Positions 40,838 through 54,650 of a stretch of 64,000 nt of DNA are shown one piece after another. Source of the DNA: Callorhinchus milii (Eukaryota). The stretch spans positions 105,402,001 through 105,466,000 of the forward strand of contig NW_024704743.1 of NCBI RefSeq assembly GCF_018977255.1, written 5' to 3'. How positions within the stretch are numbered: the first letter of the stretch is position 1; the number at the start of each line of letters is the position of its first letter. The translations under genes were made by a program, and so were the position numbers. Below the pieces are notes generated by a model. The model ran no database searches and was not told the origin of the DNA. It worked only from the letters and a program-made list of their open reading frames with translations.

Positions 40838-40930
40838 TAAAAGGCAAAATACTGCAAATGCTGGAAATCTGGTATAAACACAGAAGTTGCTGGAAACACA
40901 CAGCAGGCCAGGCAGCATCCATGGAAAAGC
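40838..40930 (-). mobile_element. Penelope-like element terminal fragment (no ribozyme core visible)
   Basis: CAGAAGTTGCTGGAAACACACAGCAGGCCAGGCAGCATCCATGGA matches 54554-54600. Confidence 0.6.
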
Positions 40931-42644
40931 ATCCTATTTGGAAGATAAGAGTCACTGTCACTGAGAACCATTGCATTTGACTCGATGTTATCACGATAAT
41001 AATTCTTGCATTTGATATAGGGTCTTGTCACATCGTCAAAATGTCTCAAAATGGTTCACAGGTTTAACTGTAAAGTGTAGTGACCGTGTATTTGTAAGTG
41101 AACAAAGCAGCCAATTTGTCAATTTGCACACAGTAATGTGCCACAAACACCCATAGCGTAAATGACCAATTTTATTTGGTGGATTGTTGGCCAGGACACC
41201 GGGAACTCCCACAGAACAACATCTGACTCAGAGATGAGAATGCTATCAACTGAGTCAAGCTGATACCTAGAATTGATTTTGAATGAGTTACTTGAGGTGG
41301 AAGAGAAAAGCAATGAGTCAATGGCCTTCCAGTTTGACTCATCAGTCTCGTAACAGCACAGATGAAATAGGGAACTGTTGTAGGGGTTACAGATGTCAGC
41401 ACATATCCTAGCAGTCAGTAGCACAGTCCACTGAAACAGCAAAGAAAAATGTCCCATACTCTTCCTCCTCTGCCATCCTAGCTGGTCATCCTCTCTTTCA
41501 CATTTCACAGTAAAATTATGTTACTTCTGTAGTGTGAAAGGCACTATATCAAAAGCAAGCATTATTATTAATATAATTTTGAATACTTTGTTGTACAAAT
41601 TATCCTTGCGCTGTTTTGCCTTCTCACACGCCTATCAATGACTGGCCTAAATAGCCATTTCAATTGCTTACAGGCTTAGAAATAGTTCTTACTCAACTCC
41701 ACCATCCAGTCTGCTGTGTCGTGACAACAAGGAGAGAAAAGGATAAGAAGTAATTAAAACATCTTTTCAAGGCATTTGTTTTCATTGTTACCTACAAAAG
41801 ACACACTTCCTGTCCTTTACAGTAGTGTATCTTAGTGACATCAGAGGTGCTATATAGAGTGTAAGGATTATTCTTTATTATTCTTGCCCATCTGAATCAT
41901 GTTTTAATTTTGACTTTGCTAGACTATATAGTTGGTATAAATCGACAAAGGTTAACAATAATGGTGCAGAGGCAAGGTGAAGGTACGGGGTTAATGCATG
42001 ACTTTGTAACACACATATAACAAAGGAATATATTCCCCTCCCCCTAGCAGTAACTCAGTTGATATCTTTTTTGCTATATTGATTTTAGCCATCTCCGTCA
42101 ATGAGTCACTAAATGCAAGCTGAAAATGCCAGATCAATAATGTTTTCTAAATGTCTGAAAATGTCTATGGTTTATCAATACGAGTAAATCACAAAAATAA
42201 TTACTTGCTTTAGATTTACACATAATCAAGGACAATTGTAGGGTATCATTTGAGTACAGTGGAGTCTTTAATACCTGCTCTAATTTCACAGGCTTGTTTT
42301 AAAAATCACAGTGCGGACTGTACTGCCCGTTGTCAATCACACTGAGTTAATTCAGTAAATTAAGCATTGATTCAAATTAACAACAACAATAACTTGTATT
42401 TATATAGTGCCCTAATGCAGTGTAGTTTCCCAGCATCACTGTTTTTTGTCAAAAATAAAATTGTCTTGAGAAGAGGAATTTTTGTTTGTCCATATTGTCC
42501 ATTTGCCATTGATGTTGCTGCCACCATCTTACTTTGAAAATGAATTGGTTCAGCTGACAGCAGTTCCCAGTTGCCGTGAACTACAATTAGAAATGGCCAT
42601 TGTCTTGTAGGTACAGGCTATTTATTACATGATGGATTGACAAA

Positions 42645-42915
42645 TATAATAATAATAATCCTTGCATTTGATATAGCACTTTTCACGTCTTCTAGATGTC
42701 TCAAAGTGCTTCACAGAATATACTGTAAAGTGAATTGACTGTATATTTATGGGCAAAATGCGGCAGCCAATTGCGCACAGCAGTGTCCCACAAACAGTCG
42801 TGGATTGAAGTAACCAATTTATTATTGTTTTTTTTCTTGAGGGATTATTATCAGGCATGTGGAGTAAGGAAGGTTTTGCCCTGCTGGGAATCAAACCCAG
42901 GTCTCTCGCTTGAGA
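42645..42915 (-). mobile_element. tRNA-derived SINE
   Basis: Family body and L2-type tail. Confidence 0.9.
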
Positions 42916-44439
42916 GCTGAGCCCAAAAGCCAGTTTCATATGTGTTTTCTTTCTTGGATTTCAACTTACTGAGTTCCAACAACAAGATGTTAAAGTGAGG
43001 TCCCGTCGGCTGTCAAGGTGGATTTTAAAAATCCAATGGCACAATTCAAAACGAGAAGGGAGTTTCTCTTGGTGTCCTGGTCAACAATCCCCTAAATAAA
43101 ATTGGTCATTCACTCCATGGGATATTGCTGCGCATATATTAGCTGCTGTGTTTGACCCACAAAATACACAGTCACACCATTTTACAGTATCTGAAATGTG
43201 AAGCACTTTGAGACATCTCAATATTATGATAAGGAATTATGTCAAATAGAAGAAATATTATTATAACAACAATTTACCTTTATATAAAGCCCTTTATCCT
43301 TTACTACTATGTCTTGGAGTGCCAGATGAGTTAAGCTGGCATTCCATCAATTGCAGTATGAAAACCTTTGGCCCATACATTATCCCATAGTGTTTCAAAA
43401 ACCCACCCTGCCCCTTCTAGTCTTTGGGGAAATAAATGTGAAAATGAAATGTTTCCCAATGTCTTTGGTTGCTATTCAATCATTACAAAACATCACATCC
43501 TTACTCTCACGTTTTGTGTCAAAATAATTTTAACACTTGTAAAGTAATGTTAATCGTGAATTGACGTCTTATGGAGCATTCACTCCTAAGCTCCAAATGA
43601 TCTCTTATTGTAGATGACTTCCTTGAATACATTTTAAAATTATGCTCATAATTGCACACACACTCTTCCACTTTCTGCGTGATTCTGGAATCAAGAATGC
43701 AAGAATATAATTATGAAATTATGTACCCACAAAAAGAGCTGCCTAATAATTTGATAATCCTTAACCAATTTAATTAAATTGTTTGATTTATAATTTAACA
43801 TTCCCTCTCCGCATATTTAATGGATGTTTATATTATTAACAAGATGCGTGTGTCAAGTGATTTGATGCAACACAAGGTTGCCTCATAAAAATAGGCTAAT
43901 TCTAACAATCACACTCTCAAAATGTGTTGCTATACCTCAGCACAGGCACTGTAAAAGCAATAACAAAGTAGTTATTGACCATGTATATTTATAGAGAGAG
44001 CAGTACCCTTATAACTGGATACAGCCTGGAGATTATAAAAAATCACGACAAAATGGGATTTATTAACTAACATGGAGGCAGCAATCTGTAGCCTGAAGCT
44101 TTACATTACTGTTGTCAATGGCAACAGAACAATACATCGTGCAACTGAGGCTAGATATAACAGACTGCAGATTTTAGGGGACAACGGACAAAGATTTTTT
44201 TCAATCGTGCCAGCATGCATGCTTGCAAAGTAATTATTTAAGTAATTATTGAACCTTTGACGGCATAGTGTGCTGAGTGAGATTGAGTATCAAATGCAAC
44301 AGTGCAAACAATGATAATCCCAGCAGATAATTATATAGAATTACACAGTCCATGCAGCACCGAAACTGGCCATTCATCCCAAAGAGTCTGTACCGTCTGT
44401 GTTCATACAGTGGCCCAAGGTTATACAGTGGATGACACT

Positions 44440-44710
44440 TCCCACCCCATCATTGGTGGTCAGGGATTCAGTATCTCTGCCCCCACACTCTGGAAATCTA
44501 TCTCTCAATCCTTCCACCACATCCCCTCTCTTGTCTCCTCCAAGTCCTGTCTAAAGGCCTTCCTCTTCGACCATGCCTTTGGCCACCCTCCCATCCTCAT
44601 CCCACCGCCCTCCACCCCTCCTGACCCCAACTCCCAGCTCAGGTCCAGCGCCCTGGGACGTCTTTCCAATGTGAAGAGTGCTATATAAGTGTAATTTGTT
44701 GTTGTTGTTA
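44440..44710 (+). mobile_element. L2 3' fragment
   Basis: IIGGQGFSISAPTLWKSI..CLKAFLFD; (TTG)n tail. Confidence 0.85.
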
Positions 44711-44899
44711 TACTCCATAGCAGCCTCTACCTATCCTTAGTCCCTCTTCCATGGTGCTTTATTCCCTTCTCCCTAATGTAAGCTTCCCTTCTCCTTCATG
44801 TGTGTGAGTAACTCAGATCTCAAGTTCCCATCTGCGAATACATACACAACAGCTAATGAAAAAAATCACCTGACATTCTGATATAGATTAAAATTAACA

Positions 44900-45370
44900 T
44901 ATCCGCAGAAGTCCTGGATATTTCTGACTCATACATATTGAATGCATCTTCAAACTGCTACAAAACAATTTCTTGACGTCCTGTCAATGACCCAAAAATG
45001 ACCAAGACAATCACAATCAACATAAACGGGGTGAGAGGGAAGTGTAATGATTCAAGTCATATTTACATACAGAATCGATCTCGGCTCAGTTGCATTTTCC
45101 GTTTGCTAAGTAACAGACATTTCAATAATATGTTAGTCCTATTGATGGTATTTATTAACAGAATTATTTAATTACTCAATGCTCCAAGATGATAACCTGT
45201 TGGAAGAGTACTACATGAGTGCAAATTCTTGCTGTTAATAAGAGTGGTACAAAAGGAATGCAAGATCCTCACAATAAGAATGAAAAACCAACCTGTGAGA
45301 ATGCTGCTTCAATGAGATCCACATTTGGAGCCAAATTCATGAGGATGAAAGGGAATTCTAACTGGATTTC
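44900..45370 (+). pseudogene. S1 remnants, His segment (44900-44965) and Asp segment (45195-45370)
   Basis: VLDISDSYILNASSNC; PVGRVLHECKF; EKPTC. Confidence 0.3.
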
Positions 45371-48300
45371 TTAGGAATCATGTTACATTGTAAATTATAT
45401 CCCACTATTGCATTGATTAAGGGAAAAACATCCTCTTTTTCGAGAGGAGTAGAGGGGAATTTCACAAAAAATGCAACACAATTAAAAAGTTCACATACAG
45501 GTGCTGAATATCATTCACAAAACAATTATATCATTTTCATACAATAATCATATTTTCTGAAAGAGAAATTAAAAATGTAGCAAATGTAAATGCTTTGTTC
45601 CACCTGCAATCTTTGTCTTACTTTTCCAGTTGTGTCAAAAGCAAGGATTATTATTACAGGTATTTTGTCTTCATCCCTATCTCTATGATAATCTTGTGGT
45701 CTGTGTGGATTAGGCCACCCTGTTCATCAATATTAGCAAAGCAGATTGACAAGAGGGATCGAATATGCATAACATTTTTAACATCAAGAACATAGGAATT
45801 AAAGGTAGAAAGTCTGTGTGTGTAGATAGTTTCTTGGAAGATATTCTATAATTCATATAATACCATTTCTGAATAATTGAGTTCTCATCCACGCCTTCTC
45901 AAATGCACACTTTATCAGTCTTCCTTGTTCCACCATCCATAACTTATATAACCACCTGTTTCAAAGCTCTGCCACCCGCATCCTTACTTGCACCAAATAC
46001 CACATGCCCATTCCAGGCTCCTAAGAGATCAACTTCAAGGTCTTTCCCCTCACTTACAAATCATGCTCGAGCACTCGCCTACAAGGTATACAGCCAATTC
46101 ACTTTGCAATATATTCTGTGAAGTACTTTGAGACGTCTCGAAGACGTGATAAGACGCTGTATCAAATGCAAGGATTATAGGATTATGTATCTGTGATTTT
46201 TATCTACCTCACTCTTCTGTTTGCCTGCTCAGCTAACTCCGGCTTGCTATGCATTCCAAATCCTCTCTGCGCAAGACCATCGTTAATTGAACCTTCAGCA
46301 ATGACATACCTAACCTTTTGAATTCTCTCTCTCTACCTCTCCAACTAAGCCCCTCTTTAACTGTTTTTAAATCCTGCTTAAAAACCTTTTCGACTTTGCC
46401 TTTGGTCATCTCCCCCTCCCCTCCTTACGTGGCATCCGTCTTTGTGAAGTGCTCCAAGATATTATTCTATGAAAAGGGCATAATATAAATAGAAGTTGTT
46501 CTTGTACTGATCCTTTGTACCTTTTTTCATTGTTTATATTTCCTCACTGACCTCCCGAACTGTCCACTAAGTAGTTGTTTATTTTGGTCACTTAACATGT
46601 CCTGTGGCCCCTCTCTTGAAATCTCCTTTCCAAATTTAATAATAATAATAATCCTTGCATTTGATATAGCACCTTATCACGTCTTCGAGATATCTCAAAG
46701 CGTTTCACTACTGTAAAGTGTAGTGACTGTGTATTTTGTGGGCTAAACGCAGCAGCCAGTTGTGCACAGCAAGGAATTTAGAGGTAAGGGGGGCGTTTCC
46801 CTTGACTGTCAAATGAATATAACATTTCTATGTATAATAAGTGTCCTGCCTCCTCTGAAAGTCATGGAATCTGACATTGACTCCACTATGTACTGTATTT
46901 ATTTTTATACCACTCAATTGGGTCATCAACATACTTCATCAAAGTGGACATGTCATTATTACAGAGTACTTCTTATTTGCTGAATGGATTTTGTTTACAT
47001 TTTTATTAATGAAATTGCATTTCTCATTCTCAGCATTTGCCTGCAAAAAAAGACACTGTACCTTACAGTGAATCCTCTGAAGCACTTTGAGATATCCACC
47101 TGATGTTATTATCATCAGTATTACTTTAGAACTCCTGCAATTTCATTAATTTAGAAAAGTTCAACAGGTCCTCAATTATGATTCCTTCCAGTATTCATTT
47201 CTCAAAATTCTGGGTCTTGTAGCCTTATAAAAGGACTACCACATTGCTTACAGAACAGAACTGTTTACTGTCCACAGTGAAGTGCTCTCATTTTCTTTCT
47301 TATTTCTCCCATTTTGTAGAACAGAAAATGTGTTGATGGTTTATTATGGGATCAGAAGAGCCTCCAGCAGATAGACTGAGCATCCCTGGTGCATTCAGTG
47401 CTTCCCTGTAGTTTGCTTCACAAACTATAACATATTCAGGTACCTCCACTGCTTGTTAAACCATTGTTGTGTGCAGGAGTGAATGTAAAATGAGCTCACA
47501 TATTGACTAATTCCTAATAATTCCCCACAGGACATGTATCTGATCTGCCATCAGCAAAGGGCACAGAGCAATGCCCAAGGATCTCTTTATAATAAATGAT
47601 AAAGAATAAGGAATGGGTAATTCTCCCCTCAGCCAGGAGAGTAGAATTTTCTTTTTTTGTGGAAAATCTTCAAAGTTGACTAAAAGTTTATAGGAGTAAT
47701 AATTTATCACAACACAGAAAATGTCATCCTGTCAATGACTGAAGTCTCTTCCCATTTCTACCTATCTGAATGTCATTACCATGCCTGTGTCAGAGGCCAT
47801 GTTGGACTTCAAAATGCATTCACCAGAGTTGCATTTTTACGCCAAAAATACTTTTTCCCAAACCACTGTAGACAAATTTACTCACCACCTTACTTTCAAA
47901 TGTAGCTTTTATTAACATTTGAACAGACACATCAGCTGGACTGTATCCCTTATACAGATATACTAGGCAACAGACAGAATCAAAATCATATTACCTGATT
48001 TGACTCTGGGCAATGGCAATAGCTCTTAGAACTCCCAAAATCCACCATCACTCCCACTGGAGAAAGTCCTGCTTCCTTGAGGACCTCACTACTCCTCCTC
48101 TTCCACTTTTAATGGTCACTTTCTTACTGAAAGTAAATTCCCTCACCCCTGTACATATACATAGATGCAGGAGAATCAATATCGATTCCACTGGGAGGTG
48201 TGCTGACCCTCTACACAACTCCAACTCTTTCAGAGTTACATCTTTCCTTTATGTGTTTCGAACTCCACCCCCACTGGTCACAGAGATAGCCCCCACCCTT

Positions 48301-48731
48301 CGCAGGCTGCTCTGCACAGAGAGAGATATGGACAAGTTCTGGGTAGCCTTCCACAGTCTGCTTGTTTCTCAGCCTTGAGATAGGCAGCTGTCTGAGGCTG
48401 CAGCCTTTTCTTTCTGTGGCCCATTGTTCTTACATCAATGCTCAAGGACCCGATTGCTCATTATCTCAGAGGAGTGAACATCTTCCCAGGAAAATATGAA
48501 ATGTAATCAGAAGCTGACCTCAGCCCGTCCAGCAAAGCTACTTTTAACCCCTGCTGAGCTAGCTGTTAAATCAAAGTTCTTGGTGTTCCCAGCTCCAGGA
48601 TGACCTTCACTCATTATCTCTTGCCTATTTCTGTTACTGCGGTTACATACCATTTCCACTTATTTTTGCACATATTTTTAACTATATTGGTTACTTTTTA
48701 ACCCTCAATTCTTCTGGAACATTCAGATGGT

Positions 48732-49036
48732 GGAGTCCTGTGGCTCAGTGGTTAGAGCACTCAATTCCAGGCAGGGTGAAACCTTGGGCAAGTTTCCTTA
48801 CTCCACACGCCTAATAATAATCCCTCCAAAAAAACAAAACAATAATAAATTGGTCATTTTCAATCCATATGACTGTTTGTGGGACATTGCTGTGCGCAAT
48901 TGGCTGCCGCGTTCGCCCACAAATATACAGTCAATTCACTTTACAGTGTGTTCTGTGAAGCGCTTTGGGACGTCCTCCCGACGTGAAAAGCGCTATATCA
49001 AATGCAAGGATTATTATTATTTTTATTATTATTATT
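48732..49036 (+). mobile_element. Young SINE with a deletion in the tRNA head
   Basis: GAGCACTC joined directly to AATTCCAGGC; AGATG on both flanks. Confidence 0.9.
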
Positions 49037-49344
49037 AGATGCTGCTATCAATTTATTAGTGCATCCCGAGGTGATAGTCAGTATATTTCAACACCACAAA
49101 ACTTGAGCTCCAACTTGATCACCTCAGAACATTCCTTGCAGACTAGCCTCACTGACATGGGGATCCTTTGGAGAAGATGCACTTTATATCCCAAGGCACT
49201 ATTTCGATGCCTAGACACTACTTACTCAACAACTGCTTTTTTAGCCATAAAATATGGCCTTGCCATCAGGCCTTTATACAAGCTTTATACCTCACTCTTA
49301 CGCTCTTGAGAATTAACTTTGTTCTGCATTAGTTTTATTGTTAT

Positions 49345-49730
49345 GCATGCGGATGACACCCAACTCTACCTCTCTGCCTCCACCCTTGACTCCAGGACCA
49401 CTGTTGTCCTGACTGAATTCTGTCGGACATCAAGTCCTGGATGAGAGCTAACTTTCTTCAGTTGAACATCAACAAGACCGAGACCCTCCTGATGGGCCTT
49501 CTGCCACTCTGCCCCCACCCTCTGGAACTTCATCCTGTTGTCCCTCTTTCTCGCCCTCTCGATACTCAAGACCCTCCGCGTTGACCGTGCTTTCGTTCTC
49601 CCTGCTTCCCCTCCTGCCCTCCACCCTCCCCGACCCCGACTCCCAGTTCGGATCCGTAACTCTGTCTGTCCAGTGCCTTGGGACTAGATATGAAAGGCGC
49701 TTTATAAATATTATTTTGTTGTTGTTGTTG
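49345..49730 (+). mobile_element. L2 fragment with a large internal deletion
   Basis: ATGCGGATGACACCCAACTCTACC (ADDTQLY) joined to the 3' UTR and (TTG)n tail. Confidence 0.85.
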
Positions 49731-49967
49731 CTAACAGCTTTACATTTGAACTGGATCATTTAAATAACTGATGAATGAAACCCAAATCCTTCTTTCCTTC
49801 CTTTTGCTACTTTCCATCATCCTAAGACAGAAGGGTCCACAGTATTCAAGGCACTGCTGATGACAACACAGCCAGCCTGGCTCATCAGCAGGACCTGGAA
49901 GAACAGACCAGTCACTGGGGGAAGGGAGTCATCCCATTCAGCTCCTGTTAACTCTACAAGTCAAAGC

Positions 49968-50312
49968 CCTAATGCGTAGGGTGGTCCTAGCTGAAAAAAC
50001 AGCAGGAATGCTTGCCGGACAGCAATATCAATGGCAAGCTATGCACTTTTAGCTGGTTACACTCCAACAGTACCCCGATGCACATTCTGGGTTCCCAAGC
50101 CTTGGCTCTTGCTAATCTGAGCCTAATACTTTCTGGGATTGGGTAAGCGGGATGTGTCCCTCCAGGGAGAGAATGAGCATACCATTCCAACAATCTGTCT
50201 CTGGGTTTTCCGTATTTAGGTGGGATGCATGGAATTCTCAGCGAGGTTTGGATACCCTTAAGCATGGTGATGGGTTTCTGCATGTGTCTGACATCCAGTT
50301 GACTCCCCCAAA
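49968..50312 (+). repeat. Unclassified interspersed repeat (family A), copy 1
   Basis: Alignable to 53465-53756 and 62033-62272. Confidence 0.8.
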
Positions 50313-50364
50313 AATCATGCACACATTTGTTCTCTCCTGCAATATTTTACTTTCATCCAGATTA

Positions 50365-50990
50365 AAATCTGTCTACCATTGTTTAGCACACCATGACAAA
50401 GTGAATGACAGACAGTTATTAAGATCTGTTAAGAAGCATCATTTTTCAACCCTGAAGTGCATTTGTAGGAGTTTATGATTTGAACTGATACTGCCGACTC
50501 TGCAGATTTTGATAGCAAAGTTAAGCAGTGCAGCACAAAACATCTCAGGGATGTTAAATAATTAAAGATTAGAACAGAATTCATAGAGATAATGGCAGAT
50601 AAAGGATTGAACTGGGTCAGTTGGTTCAGGGATCTTTAAGAGTGAGGCTTTTTATTAAGTGAAACTTTACAAAAGATTTAGCCACTGTACAGTTTTCCAT
50701 GACATAAACCCAAAGTTAAATGAACAGTAGTCTAGCATCCAAATGTAACCTAAATGAAAATGTTCCCCAATGCCTTCATAGCGCTCAGTGAGAGCAGTGG
50801 AGTTTCATTGCTCTTATCAAAAGCAAGTGGTGTGCATCCAGGCCACTTTTGCAATGTCTTATTTTCATTAAAACAAAGATTTGGTAGATGGAATAATGGC
50901 TTGGTAAACTTTTGAACACAACAGGGAGGAACTATGTGACCTTTTCAATTAAAGTCTCTGTGTTTGTGCACCCAAGAGAATGTGGCATCA
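50365..50990 (+). pseudogene. S1 remnants, Asp/PIC segment (50365-50480) and Ser/C-terminal segment (50825-50990)
   Basis: Open frame VNDRQLLRSVKKHHFSTLKCIC (cf. NDIALLRL...F...PIC); HPG/PLLQCL..KIW*/GIMAW; IKVSVFV. Confidence 0.6.
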
Positions 50991-51724
50991 CATGTAACTG
51001 GAGAATTATACAGTTAAAAATAGCTTGTTATCATGGGTTATAATGGCTCTCCAAATCCTGACCTGGTATTTGAATCTCCTGATTCAGAGAAAGAGTGCTC
51101 CCAACCGAGCCAGGCTAACACACAAGCATTTTTGTGGTGGCAAATATGCCACAGACATAAGCTTAAAATGTATTTTAAGGACTCTGAGATGCTACCCTGA
51201 GTGAAGGATACTATATAAATACAAGTTGTTGTTTTGTTGATCATGAATGATTCCAAGGTGCAAATATTGCATGTCACCCCACCCCTGTTTATCAAGTCTA
51301 ATGTTAAGCATTCACATTTAGATGCTGCTATCGAGCTGCTTAATTCTGCAAACGTTCTTAACAATGTTTTACAGATTAAATCAAAACATTTTCTCACCCC
51401 TTTTGTTGAAGATGTTTAGTTTCTGAAATGATGAGAATGAAGAGACGGCCATTGAAAATGAAGAATTCATCCTTTCACAGGAACTCCTGACATTCACATT
51501 TATTCATTTCTTATTCAAAATATGATGTTCTCTCCCGCACAGCCGCTGTGTGCGGGGGAGAAGAAGCAAGTAATGTTCATTGAGCGGAGAGAGCGGCCAG
51601 GTTGGTAAATTTATAGCAAGTCCCAGATGTACGATGGGGTTGATTTAAAGGTAAGAATGAGGATCTTGAATTCAATCCACTGGAGCCTATTGTTGGAGAG
51701 GACATGGGATATTATATAGGTGTC

Positions 51725-52870
51725 ATGATATTCACAATAAAGATTTGTAAATAGAGACTTCTGCATTTAATTAAAGGTGTGTCTTACCGACAAATTTGTC
51801 ACACTGGAGAACATAAGTAACATCGGCAAAAAGTTCCCATGGATTAATGTGACCCAAACTCAGTTAACTGCAAGATTTCCTATTGTAAATCAAGATACTT
51901 AATTGCACAGTTTCAAACCCAATGGAAGCAAACAGTGACAATCACCGTTAGGAGCAGTTTGTCAGTCATTCATAATTTTAATGGAATTTCATTCAATATT
52001 CCTTGCCCGTCTGAATGTTGAAATCTTTTTACTATAGTTAAATGTGTCCTGCGAGTGGACAACCTATGAAGGGCATATCACTGATTCATTGTTTAGGAAT
52101 AAGCAACAGAATGCAGCTAGTTTCCTTGGTCTTTGCCATGTATAGGGTTATGACCTTCTTTATTTTCATTGTGCAGGCTGGAGAGAGGAATGATTACTTC
52201 CAAAAATCAATTTCATAGGAGCGGAATATTATTTCCTGTGTAGTCAGTGCAAACCCTGATGAATATTGCATTTTTATTGGCACAATATAACATTAAATAG
52301 AAAATAGTAAAGACGGAAAATTTCATGATGCCCTGAGCTAATGTTTTTAAGAAAAAGGTTGCGTGGAATCATCATAGAAATTGTCACAGTTGTTTAACTA
52401 ACTCCATCAGGAGAAATTTACAGTGCACGTTGCACACAAGGTATGTATAGCTGGAGGTCATCTGGTCAATGGATCCTATGCTGGTGGCAGCTCCTTGCTG
52501 AAGTGAAATAGACATATATCAGTTACTTACTCTTTCCCACAACCTGTAATAAGGTTTATTGTCAAATATTTACACCGAAGACACACTACACTTTATATTC
52601 TCTGAAGCATTTTGAGACATCCCCCCAAAGTGAAAGGCAGTCTACCAAATGTAAAGATTATTATTATTAATTCAGTTTTATACATTGTTACAGCTTTGCT
52701 TCTATAATCACTAATGCAAACATTCTACAACCTTATTATAAGCTTTTTGATAACATTTGCATGGAACAATAAGCAGATTGAAAAGGAGGTATTTTCAACA
52801 GTAAAGTCATCAAACCAGAGGAAATTTGAATTGGAGGTAATTAAACAATTCTAGGCCAAATAACCAGGAA
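51725..52870 (+). pseudogene. S1 remnants, Asp segment (51725-51800), Ser segment (52038-52150), next activation segment (52820-52870)
   Basis: RLLHLIKGVSY; CPASGQPMKG..CLGIS; EI*IGGN*TILGQI. Confidence 0.45.
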
Positions 52871-53464
52871 ATAAAATTCTGTAATGTCTCTTTTACCAAG
52901 AGACATTACAGAAAGTTGAATTGGAATGAACAAAAAATCACTGTTTCAAATAAGATTTACTTGTTTGAGGTCCCACTGAATGCAGTCAAAAAAGTGATTC
53001 TGATATAGCTTCCTAAGTTCAGCAATGTGAAGTGATATGTTTCTCCTGAGGGAAATTTACAATTATTTCTTATTTCTATGTATAGCAAACACTATTATAT
53101 AATGTACCTTTTTTTGTAACAATACCATATTTGGTGCTGAACTTCCAACTTATATGTGTATTTTTGGCAATAAAGCATAGAAATGTTTTCCTTATTAATC
53201 TAATGGTTATATTATTTGTAATGTGTGGGTAATTTTAGCTCTCAGTGATATCTATTGAATGTTGTTGCAATTCAAACACAACATAGATCACAACTGCATT
53301 ATATTGGTCAGCCGAGCGTCTCACACAATTGGATTGAAGTATTGAAAATCTTGAAAGGAATTGACAAGTTAGACAGTGAACAAGTAACATAGCCTCAAAA
53401 CCACAACCAAGACAGTTAAAACTGAGGTCAGGAAGCATTTCTTCACAAAACGAATTGTGAAATC

Positions 53465-53756
53465 GTGGAATGCTGGACAAGTAGTGGGAAAGCTTGTCAG
53501 ACAGTGCTCTCAATAGAGAGCTGTGTGGTATCAGCTGGTTAGAATCCAATAGTAGCCCATCCCTGGGAACCCTAACCTTTGCCTAATACTGTCCGGAATT
53601 AGGGAATCCCTTCAGGAAAAGGGTGCCCACTCCATTCAAATAACTATCTCTGGAATTTCCATGTATATGTGGGATGCATGTAACTCTCAGTTTGGTTTGG
53701 ATACTTTAAGCACAGTAATGGGTTTCCACATGTATCAGACACACGACTGATTAAAA
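53465..53756 (+). repeat. Unclassified repeat family A, copy 2
   Basis: GTGGGATGCATG..TCTCAG..GGTTTGGATAC..TAAGCA shared with copy 1. Confidence 0.75.
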
Positions 53757-53894
53757 AACACCTTATGACTCGGTGGGTGAGAAGTACTATGAGCTGTGTG
53801 GAATTAGTTGCCACGTTCGCCTACAAAATGCACAATCACTGTAATTTACAGTGAATCTGTCAAGCAGTTTGAGACTTCCTTCTGATGTGGTATT

Positions 53895-54237
53895 GCGTCG
53901 CAAGCGAGAGGGCCTGGGTTCGATTCCCGGGTAGGGTGAAACGTTATGCAAGTTTCCTTATTCCACACGCCTCTGTTTATCTAGCAGTAAGTAGGAATCC
54001 GGTTGTTAGTCGTTTAGCAGATAACTTTTCTGGGGGTAATAAGTCAATCAATCAATCAATCATTTGGTTACTCAATTCATGACTGTTTGTGGGACACTGC
54101 TGTCCGCAATTGTCTGCCATGTTTCGCCCCCAAACTATATAGTCAATTCACTTAGTGTGGATTCTGTGAAGTGCTTTGAGGTGTCTCTAAGATGTGATAG
54201 GCACTATATCAAATGCAAGGATTATTATTATTATGAT
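53895..54237 (+). mobile_element. tRNA-derived SINE, longer subfamily
   Basis: B box GGTTCGATTCCC, CTGTTTATCTAGCAGTAAGTAGG segment, Deu-like core, tail. Confidence 0.9.
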
Positions 54238-54544
54238 TAAATGCAAATTTAAGAACTGTTATTTTATTTACGGCATCGAAGAACACTGCTAAAATGTCCA
54301 AACAACAGCACAAAAGTGATATTCTGGTGTCTCAAGCACTGGTGCCATGGGAAAGTTTTGTCACATGTATATGGAACACAGCACCATTTCATTTACATTT
54401 GTAGACAAACAACAACAACTTGCAACTTGCCCCTCATGCAGGGTAGCTTCCCAGAACCTGGAATGCATGAGAGTAAAGGGTGGGAGGCTCATGTGGAATA
54501 CAAACACCGTCATCACTATTTGGATTGAATGGTCTGTTTCTGTA

Positions 54545-54650
54545 AACCAAAAGCAGAAGTTGCTGGGAACACTCAGCAGGTCAGGCAGCATCTATGGAGA
54601 AAGGAAAGTGAGTCAACGTTTCAGATCCACGGCCCTTCGTCAGAACTGAG
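54545..54650 (-). mobile_element. Penelope-like element terminal fragment carrying a hammerhead motif
   Basis: - strand CTGACGAAGGGCCGTGGATCTGAAACGTTGACT..TCTCCATAGATGCTGCCTGACCTGCTGAG. Confidence 0.7.
54611..54647 (-). ncRNA. Minimal type I hammerhead ribozyme motif
   Basis: Stem I AGUU/GACU, CUGACGA box, imperfect stem II AGGGCC/GGAUCU, GAAAC, palindromic AACGUU stem III, GUU triplet. Confidence 0.65.

Noticed and set aside
47990..48650. Unique, more GC-balanced stretch with a 121-aa + ORF and a - strand donor at about 47996
   Set aside because: No recognisable motif or repeat match by eye; left unassigned.
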